Positions 8,603 to 19,952 of a stretch of 64,000 nt of DNA are shown here, piece after piece. Positions within the stretch are counted from its first letter, which is position 1. Each line of letters starts with the position of its first letter. Under the pieces are notes generated by a model. The model had not been told where the DNA came from, searched no databases, and was given only the letters and a program-made list of their open reading frames with translations. Origin of the DNA: Candidatus Eiseniibacteriota bacterium (GTDB lineage: Bacteria > Eisenbacteria > RBG-16-71-46); assembly GCA_963725865.1 (NCBI GenBank), contig CAVSAC010000010.1:160001-224000 (forward strand), in the 5' to 3' direction. The position numbers and the translations under genes are program-made.

Positions 8603-8941
8603 TCAGGGCCAGTAGAGCACCCGCCCGCACGATTCGCAGAGGGTGAGCGACTCGCCCGTGGCCGGCGCGGCGGAGGTGGCCAGCGTCATGTAGCACCCGA
8701 GGCACGCGCGCCCGCGCACGGCGGTGAGCCCGCGGCCGTAGCGCTGGTGCGCGCGCAGGTAGTGGGCGGCCCACCGGACGTCGATCTCCGCCAGCAGCCG
8801 CTCCCGCGCCCGCTCGCCGACGGCGAGTCGCGGGGCTTCGAAGCCGAGCTGGCGCATCCGGACCCGCACCTCCGGATCGGCGACCTCCTGCATCAACTGG
8901 TCGAGGTCGTGGAGGCGGATCAGGCACTCGACCGCGCTCAT
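8603..8941 (-). CDS. Short C4-type zinc-ribbon protein (DUF164/HP0958-like, lacking most of the coiled coil)
   Basis: LIRLHDLD N-terminus; CLGC...CESCGRVLYW C-terminus. Confidence 0.85.
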   Translation of the reverse strand: MSAVECLIRLHDLDQLMQEVADPEVRVRMRQLGFEAPRLAVGERARERLLAEIDVRWAAHYLRAHQRYGRGLTAVRGRACLGCYMTLATSAAPATGESLTLCESCGRVLYWP

Positions 8942-9405
8942 GCCACCGCCTCGCGCATCACCAGCGAAACGGCCTCGAAAGTCTTCGCCTCCAGCAGCTT
9001 GTTGCGGTTCCGCTGGTAGCGGGCGACGGCGACCGCGCGGGCCACGAGATGCTGGTGCGCCGTCGTCGTGGACTCCGCGGGCGAGAGCGCGAGGAACACC
9101 AGGGTGACGGGCTGCTCATCGGCGGCGCCCCAGTCGATCCCGCGGTGCGAGCGGGCCACGATCAGCCGGGACTGGCGCACGGCGATCGAGCGCGCGCTGG
9201 GTACGGCCACGCCCTTTCCGATCCCAGTGGAGCCCATCCGTTCGCGCACGATCAGGAGCTCGCGCACCGCGTCCGGATGCCGGACGACGCCACACGCATG
9301 GGCGCACGCGAGCAACTCGGCGAACACCGAGTCGCGACGGCGGGTCTTGAGCTCCGGGATGTAGAGCGAGGAGTCGAGCACCGAAGGGAGGGTGATGATC
9401 GGCAT
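8938..9405 (-). CDS. PTS EIIA (Ntr/fructose-type) domain protein lacking the phospho-His
   Basis: RERMGSTGIGKGVAVPS, GIDWGAADEQPVTLVFL and HQHLVA motifs; GGAGG SD. Confidence 0.88.
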   Translation of the reverse strand: MPIITLPSVLDSSLYIPELKTRRRDSVFAELLACAHACGVVRHPDAVRELLIVRERMGSTGIGKGVAVPSARSIAVRQSRLIVARSHRGIDWGAADEQPVTLVFLALSPAESTTTAHQHLVARAVAVARYQRNRNKLLEAKTFEAVSLVMREAVA

Positions 9406-9467
9406 GTTCGGTGGACCTCCCGTCGGGAGATTACCACTCCCGCATCCGCGGAGCCATCCTGCTCATG

Positions 9468-10052
9468 TCAGGGGCTCGCGGCGGGCTCGCGCTGGCGCCC
9501 TGGCGGCGCGCGATGTCGAGGTCGCTCGAGCCAGCGCGTCGCCATCCACCCGAACGCCACGCCGATCAGCGCGCCGACCACGACATCGCTCATGAAGTGC
9601 CGGTTGAGGTACATGCGTGAGTACGCCACCAGCGCTGCGGATACGAACAAGCCGACCGAAGCGCTGCGCCACCGGCGCGCGAGCACCCACGCGATGGCGA
9701 ACGCGTTCGCGGCGTGGCTGGAGGGGAACGAGGCGTTCGAGCGCCGGTGCTGGCCGTCGGGACGCGCGCGGTCGGTCGTCCACTTGAGCGCCTCGACGAC
9801 GAGGTTGGTGGGGATCAGCGCCAGCGCCGCGGCCTTGAGCGTCGTGACGCCTTGCGCGCGATCGAGCAGTCCGACCGCCAGCAGCGCGCCGGCCACGATC
9901 ACCGGCCGCCCCACGCGGGTCGCCACCTGCATCGGTCGCTCGAGCCCGGGCGCGCGCGCGGACTGCACCAGCCGCTGGACCTGCCAGTCGAGCGACTCCG
10001 CCGGCGCGAGCACCGCGCCGGCGAGCAGCAGCACCTGCACCGCGGCTCTCAT
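9468..10052 (-). CDS. PAP2-family phosphatase
   Basis: KWTTDRARP, SFPSSH and SRMYLNRHFMSD catalytic motifs. Confidence 0.92.
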   Translation of the reverse strand: MRAAVQVLLLAGAVLAPAESLDWQVQRLVQSARAPGLERPMQVATRVGRPVIVAGALLAVGLLDRAQGVTTLKAAALALIPTNLVVEALKWTTDRARPDGQHRRSNASFPSSHAANAFAIAWVLARRWRSASVGLFVSAALVAYSRMYLNRHFMSDVVVGALIGVAFGWMATRWLERPRHRAPPGRQREPAASP

Positions 10053-12322
10053 GGCGCGTCCTCGACCACCTCGACCTCGTCCGCCGCGATCCAGCCCGCG
10101 AGGTCGCGACCCGCCACCACCCGCAGCCGCGCGCCATCGCGCTCGCGCACCTGCACCACCTGGCCGGCGTCCAGGTTGACCTCGGCCCCCTGTAGGGCCG
10201 CCGTGCGGCGCACCACGGCGTCGTGCGTGCGGTGCGCCCGCGCGGTCTGCAGCGGCCACACCGCGGCGGCGAGCGCCGCCAGCGCCAGCAGGCCAGCCGC
10301 CAGGGCGCGGCGCGGCCACGCCACCCCGGCCAGCGCGCCCAGCACGAGCGCCAGCAGGCCCCACTCCAGGCTGCGCACCGGCAGCCGCACGCCGGAGGCG
10401 CCGACCAGACCACCGCCCTCGTGCACGCGCTCGGTGACCCACGCGAGCCCCGCGTCACGCGGCTCGCCCCGCCGCCCGCGCAGCACCCACGTCGCCGCCG
10501 GTCCGACCTGACCGTCACGGACCTCCGCCCACGCCAGCCGCGCCGCCAGCCCGGCGGCGCGCCCGCCGTCGTCCCAGATCCGCCGCCAGCCGGTGGCCGC
10601 GCGCTTCACGTCGCCGGAGCGGGCGAACGCGTCCGCTGCGCTCGCCCGGTCCGCCAGCGCGGGATCGCCTCCACGCGGCGCGCAGGCCACGACCATCACC
10701 GCCGCGCCCACGGCGAGCGCGATCGCCGCCCCGCGCAGTCCCCACGGCCCGCGCTCCGGCGGGAGCGCGCGCCCGAGCTGTTCCACGAGGCGCCGGCGCA
10801 CACCTTCCTCGTCGGCGGCGGCCCCGCCGTAGCGCGCGGCGGCGATCGTGCGCTGCAGGTCGCGCATCGGCGCGCCGCGCTGCTCGAGCCAGCCCGCCGC
10901 GTCGTTGGCCGACCGCCAGAAGTCCGGCCCGCGCGCGAGCCCGACCGCGCGGAGCCATTCGCGCTGGCGCGCCCGCTCGGCCGCCTCGGGCGGCGGCTGG
11001 CCCGCCATGCGCCACAACACCCACGCGATCCCGAGCACGCAGCCAGCCAGCGCCCAGCCCGCGGGCAGCGCCGGGCGCGATCCCGGGTCGACCGGATGGT
11101 CGCCGAACACGCGCGGGAAGCCGGCCGGCGCGGGGCCGCTGCGCAGCGGCGGGTCCACGTGCAGCGCGAGCGTGGCCAGCGCCGCCGACCGGTACGATCC
11201 GGTGCGGGGGTCGAACCACGCCAGCGTCGGCGGCGGGACCCGCACCTCGCCGTCGTGGCGCGCCAGCACGGTCCACTGGAAGCGGCGGCGCCCGGCGCCC
11301 AGCATGCCGAGCGGTCCGAGGCTGTCGTCGACGGTGCTCGCGAACACCTCGAGGTCGTCCCCGACCAGCGCCGGGGTGTGCAGCAGCGGCAGGTTGCCTT
11401 CGCCGCGCACGTCGAGGCGCACCGTGACCGGCACGTCGCGCGTGGTGCGCTCGCGGTCCGCCGACCACGTCAGCGTGAACGTCCCCACCGCTCCGTCGAA
11501 CGCGGCGGGCGCGCCGGGCGGCAGCGGGCGCACCGAGACCGTCACCGGCGCCGAGCGCGCGCTGGCCTCGCGCCGCGGCACCCGGCCGCCGAGCCAGGCG
11601 CTCGGATCGTCGCCGGTCTGCAGCGCGGCGATCGCGGTCGCCTCGCCGATGGTCGCGGTGCCGGGCGCGAGCGGATAGAGCCGCGTGCGCGTCTCGGTCA
11701 CCTGGACCCGCGAGTCTCCCTGGGCGGCGTAGTAGGACTCCGGCGGGCTCGGCGATTCCGACCAGAAGCCGGGCGTGGCGGGCGGCCCGTACTGGGGGTC
11801 CTCCGCCAGGGGCGCGCGCAGGATCAGCCGCACCCGCATCAGCACCGGCTGGCCCACGTACGGACGCACCGGCTCGACGTCGACGCGCAGCTGCAACGGC
11901 TGCGTGCCGCCCGCCCCCACGCTCGCCGCCGCAGCGCTCACCGTCATGGTGACGCCGGCCGCGGTCAGCACGCTGTTGCCGGCGCGCACCCGCAGCGGTC
12001 CGATCGTGAACCGCCCCGGGGTGGCGGGCGCCAGCTCGTAGCGGAACACCACCTCGCTCGTGCTGCGGCCGTTCACCCACGAGAGGCTCTGCGTGCGCCC
12101 GCTCGAGAGCACCTCGGTGCCTTCCGGCACCTCGAACTCAGGGCCGCCGACCTGCCCGCTCGCGCCGCGTACGCGCACCTCGAGCACCGTGCTCTCACCG
12201 ACCGCCAGCGAGCTGCGCGAGAGCCGCATCTCCACCACGCCCTGCGCGCGGGCGGGCGCGAGCGTGGGCCCGGTCAGCGCCACCAGCGCGAGCCCCAGCA
12301 TCCCGACGAGTCGCCGCATCAC
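10049..12322 (-). CDS. batD: BatD-family protein with C-terminal BatE-like TPR/SH3 region
   Basis: Signal peptide, SWVNG, PYVGQ, FDGAVGTF and GEGNL Ig-like repeats, TM helices, GWI SH3-like tail; lies in a bat operon. Confidence 0.85.
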   Translation of the reverse strand: MMRRLVGMLGLALVALTGPTLAPARAQGVVEMRLSRSSLAVGESTVLEVRVRGASGQVGGPEFEVPEGTEVLSSGRTQSLSWVNGRSTSEVVFRYELAPATPGRFTIGPLRVRAGNSVLTAAGVTMTVSAAAASVGAGGTQPLQLRVDVEPVRPYVGQPVLMRVRLILRAPLAEDPQYGPPATPGFWSESPSPPESYYAAQGDSRVQVTETRTRLYPLAPGTATIGEATAIAALQTGDDPSAWLGGRVPRREASARSAPVTVSVRPLPPGAPAAFDGAVGTFTLTWSADRERTTRDVPVTVRLDVRGEGNLPLLHTPALVGDDLEVFASTVDDSLGPLGMLGAGRRRFQWTVLARHDGEVRVPPPTLAWFDPRTGSYRSAALATLALHVDPPLRSGPAPAGFPRVFGDHPVDPGSRPALPAGWALAGCVLGIAWVLWRMAGQPPPEAAERARQREWLRAVGLARGPDFWRSANDAAGWLEQRGAPMRDLQRTIAAARYGGAAADEEGVRRRLVEQLGRALPPERGPWGLRGAAIALAVGAAVMVVACAPRGGDPALADRASAADAFARSGDVKRAATGWRRIWDDGGRAAGLAARLAWAEVRDGQVGPAATWVLRGRRGEPRDAGLAWVTERVHEGGGLVGASGVRLPVRSLEWGLLALVLGALAGVAWPRRALAAGLLALAALAAAVWPLQTARAHRTHDAVVRRTAALQGAEVNLDAGQVVQVRERDGARLRVVAGRDLAGWIAADEVEVVEDAP

Positions 12323-14088
12323 CAGTCCTTTCCGCGGCGCTCGCGGGTCACCGGCACCGGGTGACGCCGCTGCTGCTCCAGCCGCGCGAGGTCCTGCAGC
12401 GCGTTCAACAGGCGATCCGCCTGGGCGCGGTCCATCCGCTGGGACTGTCCGGGCGCGCCGGGTGTGGGCGGCGAGGGCGACGGCGGCGGCGCGTTGCGCG
12501 GCGCCTGCGCCGGCTGCTGCTGCGGCTGCTGCGATCCCTGGTCACCCGACTTCGGCGTTGCGCTGGCGCCCGCGCTCTGATCCTGCTGGCCGCCCTTCTG
12601 CGGCGGGGACTTCGGCGGCTGCCCGCGCTGGCGGCGGCGCAGCAGGATCTCGTAGTTCCAGCGGGCGTCCTGGTCGCCGGGGTCGTGCACCAGCGCGTCG
12701 CGCAGTACCGCGAGCGCGTCGTCGTCGTGCTGCTGCTCCGCCTTCAGGGTGCCCAGGTCATAGCGCGCCTCGCGACCCAGGCGATCGCGCCGCGCGCCCA
12801 GCTCCGCCAGCTCGCGCTCGGCGTCGGACTGCCGGCCCGCGCGCGCCCGCGCGATCGCCCGGTTGAGCCGCACCGCCGCCGGGCCGCTCCGCGCGAGCCG
12901 CAGGTCGTACAGCGACTCCGCCTGCGCGAAGCGCCCGGCCCGATAGGCGTCGTCGCCGCGCGACCAGGCGCTCTGCGCCTGCGCCGCGTGCGGGGCCAAC
13001 AGCGCGCCGGCGGCCAGCAGCCACGCCGCCGCCCGCGGCGCCGCCGCGGCACTCGCGCGGCGGCGCGCGGACCGCGGGCGGCGCAGGCGCTCCGTGCGCC
13101 GCCGCGGGCGGATGCGATCCAGTGCCAGCAGCAGCGCCGCGAGCGCCGCGCAGAGCGGGAAGCGCGCGACCGGACGTTCCACCAGCCGCTGCCCGCGCCC
13201 GGCGTGCGCGACCGTGCCGAGCGCCCCGAGCAGCCGCGGCAGCTCGCCGCCGGGCCGCTGGGCGGCGAAGTACGCGCCGCGTGTGCGCCGCGCGATGGTC
13301 CGCAACAGGTCCTCGTCGAGCTGACTGCGCACCACCTGACCCTGCGCGTCGCGCTTCACGTCCAGCGTTCTCCCCTCGTCGTCCATCACCGGCACCACGT
13401 CGCCCGCCGGGGTGCCGACACCCACGGTGAATACGCGGATGCCGGAGCCCTGCGCCTCATCGAGCGCCGCGCGCGCGCCGGCCTCGAGGTCCTCCCCGTC
13501 GGTCCACAGCACCATCGCCTGTTCCTCGCGCCGCCCGGCCGGCATCAGCTTCATGGCCGCGCGCAGTCCTTTGCCCAGGTCGGTGCCGGGCTGGCTCACC
13601 GTCGCGCTCGATAGCGCCTCGAGCGTCAGCCGCGCGGCGCCGCGGTCGAGCGTCAGCGGGCACAGGCGGACCGCGTCGCCGGCGAACGCCACCACGCCGA
13701 TGCGGCTGCCGGCGAGGTGGTCGACCACCGCGAGGGCCTCGCGCTGCGCCTCCGCCAGCCGGCTCGGCGCCACGTCGCGTGCGTCCATGCTCGCCGAGAC
13801 GTCGACCAGCAGCACCACGTCCGAGCCGGTCGCCGCCCGCCGCACCACCTCGCGCCCCCACTCCGGACGCGCGGCGCCGGCGATCAGCAGCGCCAGCGCC
13901 GCGAGCCGCAGGACCGCGCCCGCCAGCCGCTGCCCCGGCCGGCGCTGCACGAGCAGCGGGTGGTCGGCGCGCGCGCCGACCAGCTGGGCGAGCGCGCGCG
14001 TCGCGCGGCCGGCGGCGCGCCACTCGAACAGCGCGAGCAGCGGGAGCGCCAGCAGCGCCCACAACCAGCGCGGATCGGTGAAGGTCAT
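12319..14088 (-). CDS. batB: BatB-like VWA protein fused to a BatC-like TPR/Gln-rich domain
   Basis: DVSASM MIDAS, PSRL, CPLTLD, TDGED; C-terminal YDLG and DARWNYE, Q/P-rich linker, terminal KDW. Confidence 0.88.
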   Translation of the reverse strand: MTFTDPRWLWALLALPLLALFEWRAAGRATRALAQLVGARADHPLLVQRRPGQRLAGAVLRLAALALLIAGAARPEWGREVVRRAATGSDVVLLVDVSASMDARDVAPSRLAEAQREALAVVDHLAGSRIGVVAFAGDAVRLCPLTLDRGAARLTLEALSSATVSQPGTDLGKGLRAAMKLMPAGRREEQAMVLWTDGEDLEAGARAALDEAQGSGIRVFTVGVGTPAGDVVPVMDDEGRTLDVKRDAQGQVVRSQLDEDLLRTIARRTRGAYFAAQRPGGELPRLLGALGTVAHAGRGQRLVERPVARFPLCAALAALLLALDRIRPRRRTERLRRPRSARRRASAAAAPRAAAWLLAAGALLAPHAAQAQSAWSRGDDAYRAGRFAQAESLYDLRLARSGPAAVRLNRAIARARAGRQSDAERELAELGARRDRLGREARYDLGTLKAEQQHDDDALAVLRDALVHDPGDQDARWNYEILLRRRQRGQPPKSPPQKGGQQDQSAGASATPKSGDQGSQQPQQQPAQAPRNAPPPSPSPPTPGAPGQSQRMDRAQADRLLNALQDLARLEQQRRHPVPVTRERRGKDW

Positions 14089-14098
14089 GCGCGGGCCC

Positions 14099-15073
14099 TC
14101 ATGGCAGCCGGAAGCCCAGCGTGGCGCCGAGCAGCGCGTGGATCGCGAGCAGGGCGGCGGCGACCGCCAGCAGCCACGGTCCGAGATCGTGATACTCGCG
14201 GTACTCGACCGACTTGATCGGCGCGCGCTCGAGCCGGTCGATCTCGGAATAGATCCCGGGCAGCGCGCTCGCCTCCTCGGCGCGGAAGAACCGCCCGCCG
14301 GTCCGCCTGGCGATCTCGCGGAGCGAGACCTCGTCCACATCCATCCGCACCATCTCGATCCGCCGCCCCAGCACCGGGTCCTCGAACGGCACCGGCACGA
14401 CCCCGCCGCGCCCCGCGAGCACGGTGTACACCTTCACGCCGTACGCGCGCGCCAGATCGGCGCCGGTCAACGGATCGATCGCGCCGCGGTTGTTCTGGCC
14501 GTCGGTCAGCAGCACCACCACCTTGCTCGGCGTCTTGCTGTCGCGCAGCCCGCGCACCGCGGTCGCGAGTCCCATCCCGATCGCGGTGCCGTCCTCGGCG
14601 AGCCCGAAGTCGAGCCCGTCGAGCAGTTCGATCAGCGCGTCGTGATCCAGCGTGAGCGGACACTGCGTGAACGCGGTGGCCGCGAAGCCCACCAGCCCCA
14701 CGCGGTCGTGGCGGCGCGAGCGGACGAAGTCGCGCGCGGTCTCCTTGGCCACGTAGAGGCGATTGCGCGGCCGGAAGTCCTCGGCCGCCATGCTCGGCGA
14801 GATGTCGATCGCCAGCACGATGTCGACGCCCTTGGTCTCGGTCTCGCTCTGCGACACGCCCTGCTGCGGCCGCGCGAGCGCCACCACGGCGAGCGCCAGC
14901 GCCACCCACGGCAGCCCCCCGAGCGCCCGCAGCGCGAAGCGCAGCGGGTGCGGGTTCGAGCGGTCGGCCCGCGACCACAGCACGGCCGCCCGCTTCGCGC
15001 GCCGAATCTGCCAGAGCGCCAACGGCGGGAGCAGCGCGAGCAGCAGCAGCGCCCACGGCACGTCCCAGCGCAT
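14099..15073 (-). CDS. batA: BatA-like VWA domain protein
   Basis: LARPQ, DISPSM, TQCPLTLD, DGTAIG, LLTDGQNN and TGGRFFRA motifs. Confidence 0.93.
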   Translation of the reverse strand: MRWDVPWALLLLALLPPLALWQIRRAKRAAVLWSRADRSNPHPLRFALRALGGLPWVALALAVVALARPQQGVSQSETETKGVDIVLAIDISPSMAAEDFRPRNRLYVAKETARDFVRSRRHDRVGLVGFAATAFTQCPLTLDHDALIELLDGLDFGLAEDGTAIGMGLATAVRGLRDSKTPSKVVVLLTDGQNNRGAIDPLTGADLARAYGVKVYTVLAGRGGVVPVPFEDPVLGRRIEMVRMDVDEVSLREIARRTGGRFFRAEEASALPGIYSEIDRLERAPIKSVEYREYHDLGPWLLAVAAALLAIHALLGATLGFRLP

Positions 15074-16080
15074 CAGGCCGCCTTCCCTTCACCACGCCCG
15101 CCGAGCCGGCGCATCAGGGCCTCGACAGCGCCCTCGGCCTGGCTGGCCTCCACGGGCGAGATCGGCGCGCGCGCGAACTTGACCCGATCCCAGCGCGACA
15201 GCAGTCCCGCGAGGCGTTCGAGGTCGGGCGGCGCCAGGTGGCCGTGCTCGAGCCGGTGCACCAGCTCGGGGCTGGTGTCCCCGGGTCGCGGCGTGCCCTC
15301 CACGCGCTCGAGGAACCGGCGCAGGATGAGCGTGAGACGGTAGGCGTGCTCCGCGAACCGCCCGGCCTCCGGCAGCCGTGCCGCCCGCAGCGCCGCCAGC
15401 GCGGCCAGCCCCTCCGTGAGCGGATCGTTCCGCGGCGCGCGCGCCGCCGGAGCGGGCGCGGCGGTGACCGGCTTCGCGGGCCGCCGCCGCAGCCGGCGCA
15501 CCAGCCACACCACCACCGCCAGCGCGACCACGCCGGCCGCGATCCACCGCCACGGCAGCCGCTCCCACCACGGTGCGCGCAGCGGGCCGCGCAGCGGACG
15601 GAGGTCGGCGGTCGTATCGTCCGTCGCCACCAGCGGCGCCACCGCGACGGTGGCGACCGGGAACGCCAGGTCGCGGGAACCGCCCGGGTCCTGGGTCTGC
15701 AGCCGCAGTCCGGGGATCGCCACCTGCCCGATGCGGAACACCTGCAGGGGCACTTCGACCACCACGCTGTCGCCGGGCCCGAGGATCAGGTACCAGCCCT
15801 CGCGATCGGCACGGGTGCTGCGCCCGCCCGCCTCGCGGTGGCGGCTCAGCGCTGCGCCCCACGTGAGGTCAGCGCTCGAGGCCGGCGCGAACACGCGCAG
15901 CCGCCCCGCGGGCGCGCCGGTGAGCACCGCGCGATAGGTCACTCGCTCGCCGAGATGCGCGACCGCGGGGGTCACCTCCACGCGCGCGTGCAGTCCGGCG
16001 CCCTGGGCCGCCGCGATCCCAGCGAGCGCGGGCAGCAACGCCAGCGTCAGGCTCATGGCGGTGACGGAGCCGCGGCTCAC
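15073..16080 (-). CDS. Bat-operon membrane-anchored hypothetical protein (DUF4381-like)
   Basis: Signal peptide, single TM, ILRRFLE...TSPEL...DRVKFA; GTGA overlap with the DUF58 stop. Confidence 0.8.
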   Translation of the reverse strand: MSRGSVTAMSLTLALLPALAGIAAAQGAGLHARVEVTPAVAHLGERVTYRAVLTGAPAGRLRVFAPASSADLTWGAALSRHREAGGRSTRADREGWYLILGPGDSVVVEVPLQVFRIGQVAIPGLRLQTQDPGGSRDLAFPVATVAVAPLVATDDTTADLRPLRGPLRAPWWERLPWRWIAAGVVALAVVVWLVRRLRRRPAKPVTAAPAPAARAPRNDPLTEGLAALAALRAARLPEAGRFAEHAYRLTLILRRFLERVEGTPRPGDTSPELVHRLEHGHLAPPDLERLAGLLSRWDRVKFARAPISPVEASQAEGAVEALMRRLGGRGEGKAA

Positions 16081-16960
16081 GCGCGTCCCCGCGGACGCCG
16101 GCGATCGGCGAAGTAGTGCATCAGCACCGTGAGGTACGAGCGGTCGGTGCGCACCTCGAGCACCGGCACCCGGGCCTGCGCGAGGGTGCGCTCCACCGCC
16201 TGCCGCTGCTCGCGCGCGCGGCGGGCATAGGTCTCGCGCGCCGCCCGGCTGCCGGTGTCGACCAGCGTGCGGCGCCCGGTCTCGAGGTCCTCGAGCTCCA
16301 CCCAACCGACCGACGGGAGTGCCTCGTCGCGTGGGTCGCGCAGCAGGAACGCGGTGACCTCGTGGCGGCGGCCGAGGATGCGGAGGTCACGAACGTCGAT
16401 CCGATCCTCGAAGTCGGAGATCCAGAACACCAGGCTGCGACGATGGGCGGTCAGCGCCACGAACCGCGCGGCCTCGCCGAGCCGCGTGCCGCCCGCGGGC
16501 GGCTCGGCGCCGAGCACGTCGCGCAAGATGCGGAGCAGGTGGTTCTTGCCGCGCGCCGGCGGGACGAATGCCTCCACCTGCTCGCCGGCCATCACCAGCC
16601 CCACGCGGTCGTTGTTGCGGATCGCGGCGAATCCCAGGACCGCGCACAGCTCGGCGGCCAGCTCGCGCTTCTCGCTGCCCGTGGTGCCGAAGCGCATCGA
16701 GCGCGACACGTCCACCACCAGGATCACCGACAGCTCGCGCTCCTCGACGAAGCGCTTGATGAACGGCGCCCCCATGCGGGCGGTGACGTTCCAGTCGATG
16801 TCCCGGACCTCGTCGCCCGGGACGTAGTGGCGGACCTCCTCGAACTCGACGCCCCGCCCCTTGAACACGCTGGAGGTCCGGCCGGCGAACAGGTCCTCGA
16901 CGAGATGCCGGCTGCGGATCTCGATCCGGCGGACCTTGCCCAGGAGCTCCGCGAGCGGCA

Positions 16961-16961
<1 letters not shown>
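16077..16961 (-). CDS. DUF58 domain protein (MoxR-associated)
   Basis: FKGRGVEFEEVRHYVPGDEVRDIDWNVTAR, DVSRSM and ISDF motifs. Confidence 0.95.
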
Positions 16962-17947
<986 letters not shown>

Positions 17948-18004
17948 CGTGATCCAGCCCTCCTGGCTTGCGGGCGATTCGCGGCTCGCGTCCGATGGCG
18001 CGGC

Positions 18005-18033
18005 AGTATAGCGAAGGGGTCGAGAGGGTCCAA
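18005..18033 (-). promoter_or_regulatory. Sigma70-type promoter of the moxR-bat operon
   Basis: TTGGAC-N17-TATACT. Confidence 0.55.
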
Positions 18034-18051
18034 TCGTCGAGCGGGCGCGGA

Positions 18052-18438
18052 CTACGCGGCGGCGTCCTGCCGCTCGCGCGAGGGCCCGGGCCACCGCGCG
18101 AGCAGCTCGCGGGCATCCACCAGCTCGAACGGGGGCTCGAGGGATTCGATGCGACCCACCCGTCCGAGCATGTGCTGCACCTCGACGAGCGTGTCCGCGT
18201 CGGGAGGGAGCCCGTCCGCGGACTGGAGTCGCGCGATGCGCTGGTGGACGCGCACGCGCGCGAGACGTTCCAGCTCGAGGTCGCTCCGATACGCGAGCGC
18301 CGCCCGCTCGAACAGCTGGTCCGCCATCGCGGGCGAGCCGTCCGCCAGCGCCCGCAGGCCGGCGCGATGGAGCGTGGGCCCGCCGAACGGGACCGGCAGG
18401 AGCCGGGCGAGATGGAGCAGCGCGAGCTGGGAGTTCAT
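18052..18438 (-). CDS. Hypothetical protein (helical, TPR-like segment)
   Basis: 128-aa ORF with plausible composition (ADQLFERAALAYR), preceded by a sigma54-like promoter. Confidence 0.6.
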   Translation of the reverse strand: MNSQLALLHLARLLPVPFGGPTLHRAGLRALADGSPAMADQLFERAALAYRSDLELERLARVRVHQRIARLQSADGLPPDADTLVEVQHMLGRVGRIESLEPPFELVDARELLARWPGPSRERQDAAA

Positions 18439-18479
18439 GCGTGGGCCCCGACGGAGGTGGAGTAGGTCGCCGCCCGTTG

Positions 18480-18495
18480 TGCACGAACGGTGCCA
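18480..18495 (-). promoter_or_regulatory. Putative sigma54 (-24/-12) promoter
   Basis: TGGCAC-CGTTC-GTGCA with exact GG-N10-GC spacing, ending about 42 nt upstream of the ATG at 18438. Confidence 0.6.
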
Positions 18496-18692
18496 TGGGC
18501 GCGTCGCATCGCCACGCCCTAACTCGTTGTCCAATGGCCCGCCGGAGAGCGGGCCTCGTGCTTCGCGTGAGCCCGCGTGCGCGTCTCGTTGCACGCTGCC
18601 TCACGACCCGGCCCAGAGTGCACGGACCGGGCGGGCGCCCGCCCATCAGCCGGCTCAGGTCCGAGTGTCGACGACGGGTTGAGACTCCACAC

Positions 18693-19946
18693 CTAGCGCA
18701 GCGCGCGCTCGTCCGCGAACAGCGGGAAGCCGGCCGTCAGCTCGAGCACCTCGCGCTCCACCTGCTGGGCGAGCACCGCGTCCTCGGGCGCCGCCAGGAT
18801 GCGCGCGATCCAGCCCCCGATCCGCACCATCTCCTCCGGACCCATGCCGCGGGTGGTGAGCGCCGGGGTGCCGATGCGGATCCCGCTCGTCACCCACGGC
18901 TTCTGCGGGTCGTTGGGCACCGCGTTCTTGTTCACCGTGATGCGCCCGCGATGGAGCGCCTCCTCGGCGGCCTTGCCGGTGAGCCCGCGGCGGCGCAGGT
19001 CGACCAGCATCAGGTGGTTGTCGGTGCCGCCCGAGACCAGGTCGAAACCGTGGCCGATCAGGGACTCGGCGAGCGTGCGCGCGTTCTCGATCACGCGGCG
19101 CTGGTAGGCACGGAAGCCGTCGGTGAGCGCCTCGCCGAAGCACGCCGCCTTCGCCGCGATGATGTGCATGAGCGGCCCGCCCTGCAGTCCGGGGAACACG
19201 CTCTTGTCCACCTTCTCCGCGAAGTCCTTGCGGCAGAGGATGACGCCGCCGCGCGGCCCGCGCAGCGTCTTGTGCGTGGTGCTGGTCACGATCTCGGCGT
19301 GCGGCACCGGGCTCGGATGGAGACCGGCCGCCACCAGTCCCGCGACGTGGGCCATGTCCACGACCAGCGTGGCCCCCACCTCGCGGGCGATGCGGCCGAA
19401 GCGCTCGAAGTCGATCACGCGCGGGTACGCGCTGGCGCCCGCCACCAGGATGCGCGGGCGATGCTCCTTCGCGAGCCGCTCGACCGCGTCGTAGTCGATG
19501 CGACCGTCCTCGGGACGCACGCCGTACTGGACCGACTTCCACAACTTGCCGGTCACCGACACCGGGTGGCCGTGAGTCAAGTGGCCGCCGTGCGCGAGGC
19601 TCATGCCGAGCAGCGTGTCGCCGGGCACGGAGACCGCAAGGTACGCCGCCAGGTTCGCGGAGGCGCCGCTGTGCGGCTGCACGTTGGCGTGATCGCAACC
19701 GAACAGCGCCTTGAGGCGCTCGATCGCGAGGGTCTCGCCCACGTCCACGAACTCGCAGCCGCCGTAGTAACGCTTTCCCGGCAGCCCCTCGGCGTACTTG
19801 TTCGTGAGCACCGAGCCCGCCGCCTCCAGCACGGCGTCGCTGACGAAGTTCTCCGAGGCGATCAGCTCCAGCGTGGCGAGCTGGCGGCGGCGCTCGGAGG
19901 CGATGGCATCGTACAGTGCGGGATCCGTCTGCTGGAGCATGGACAC
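18693..19946 (-). CDS. glyA: Serine hydroxymethyltransferase
   Basis: [31 protein letters not shown] and SGIRIGT motifs. Confidence 0.98.
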   Translation of the reverse strand: MSMLQQTDPALYDAIASERRRQLATLELIASENFVSDAVLEAAGSVLTNKYAEGLPGKRYYGGCEFVDVGETLAIERLKALFGCDHANVQPHSGASANLAAYLAVSVPGDTLLGMSLAHGGHLTHGHPVSVTGKLWKSVQYGVRPEDGRIDYDAVERLAKEHRPRILVAGASAYPRVIDFERFGRIAREVGATLVVDMAHVAGLVAAGLHPSPVPHAEIVTSTTHKTLRGPRGGVILCRKDFAEKVDKSVFPGLQGGPLMHIIAAKAACFGEALTDGFRAYQRRVIENARTLAESLIGHGFDLVSGGTDNHLMLVDLRRRGLTGKAAEEALHRGRITVNKNAVPNDPQKPWVTSGIRIGTPALTTRGMGPEEMVRIGGWIARILAAPEDAVLAQQVEREVLELTAGFPLFADERALR

Positions 19947-19952
19947 GCGGGC

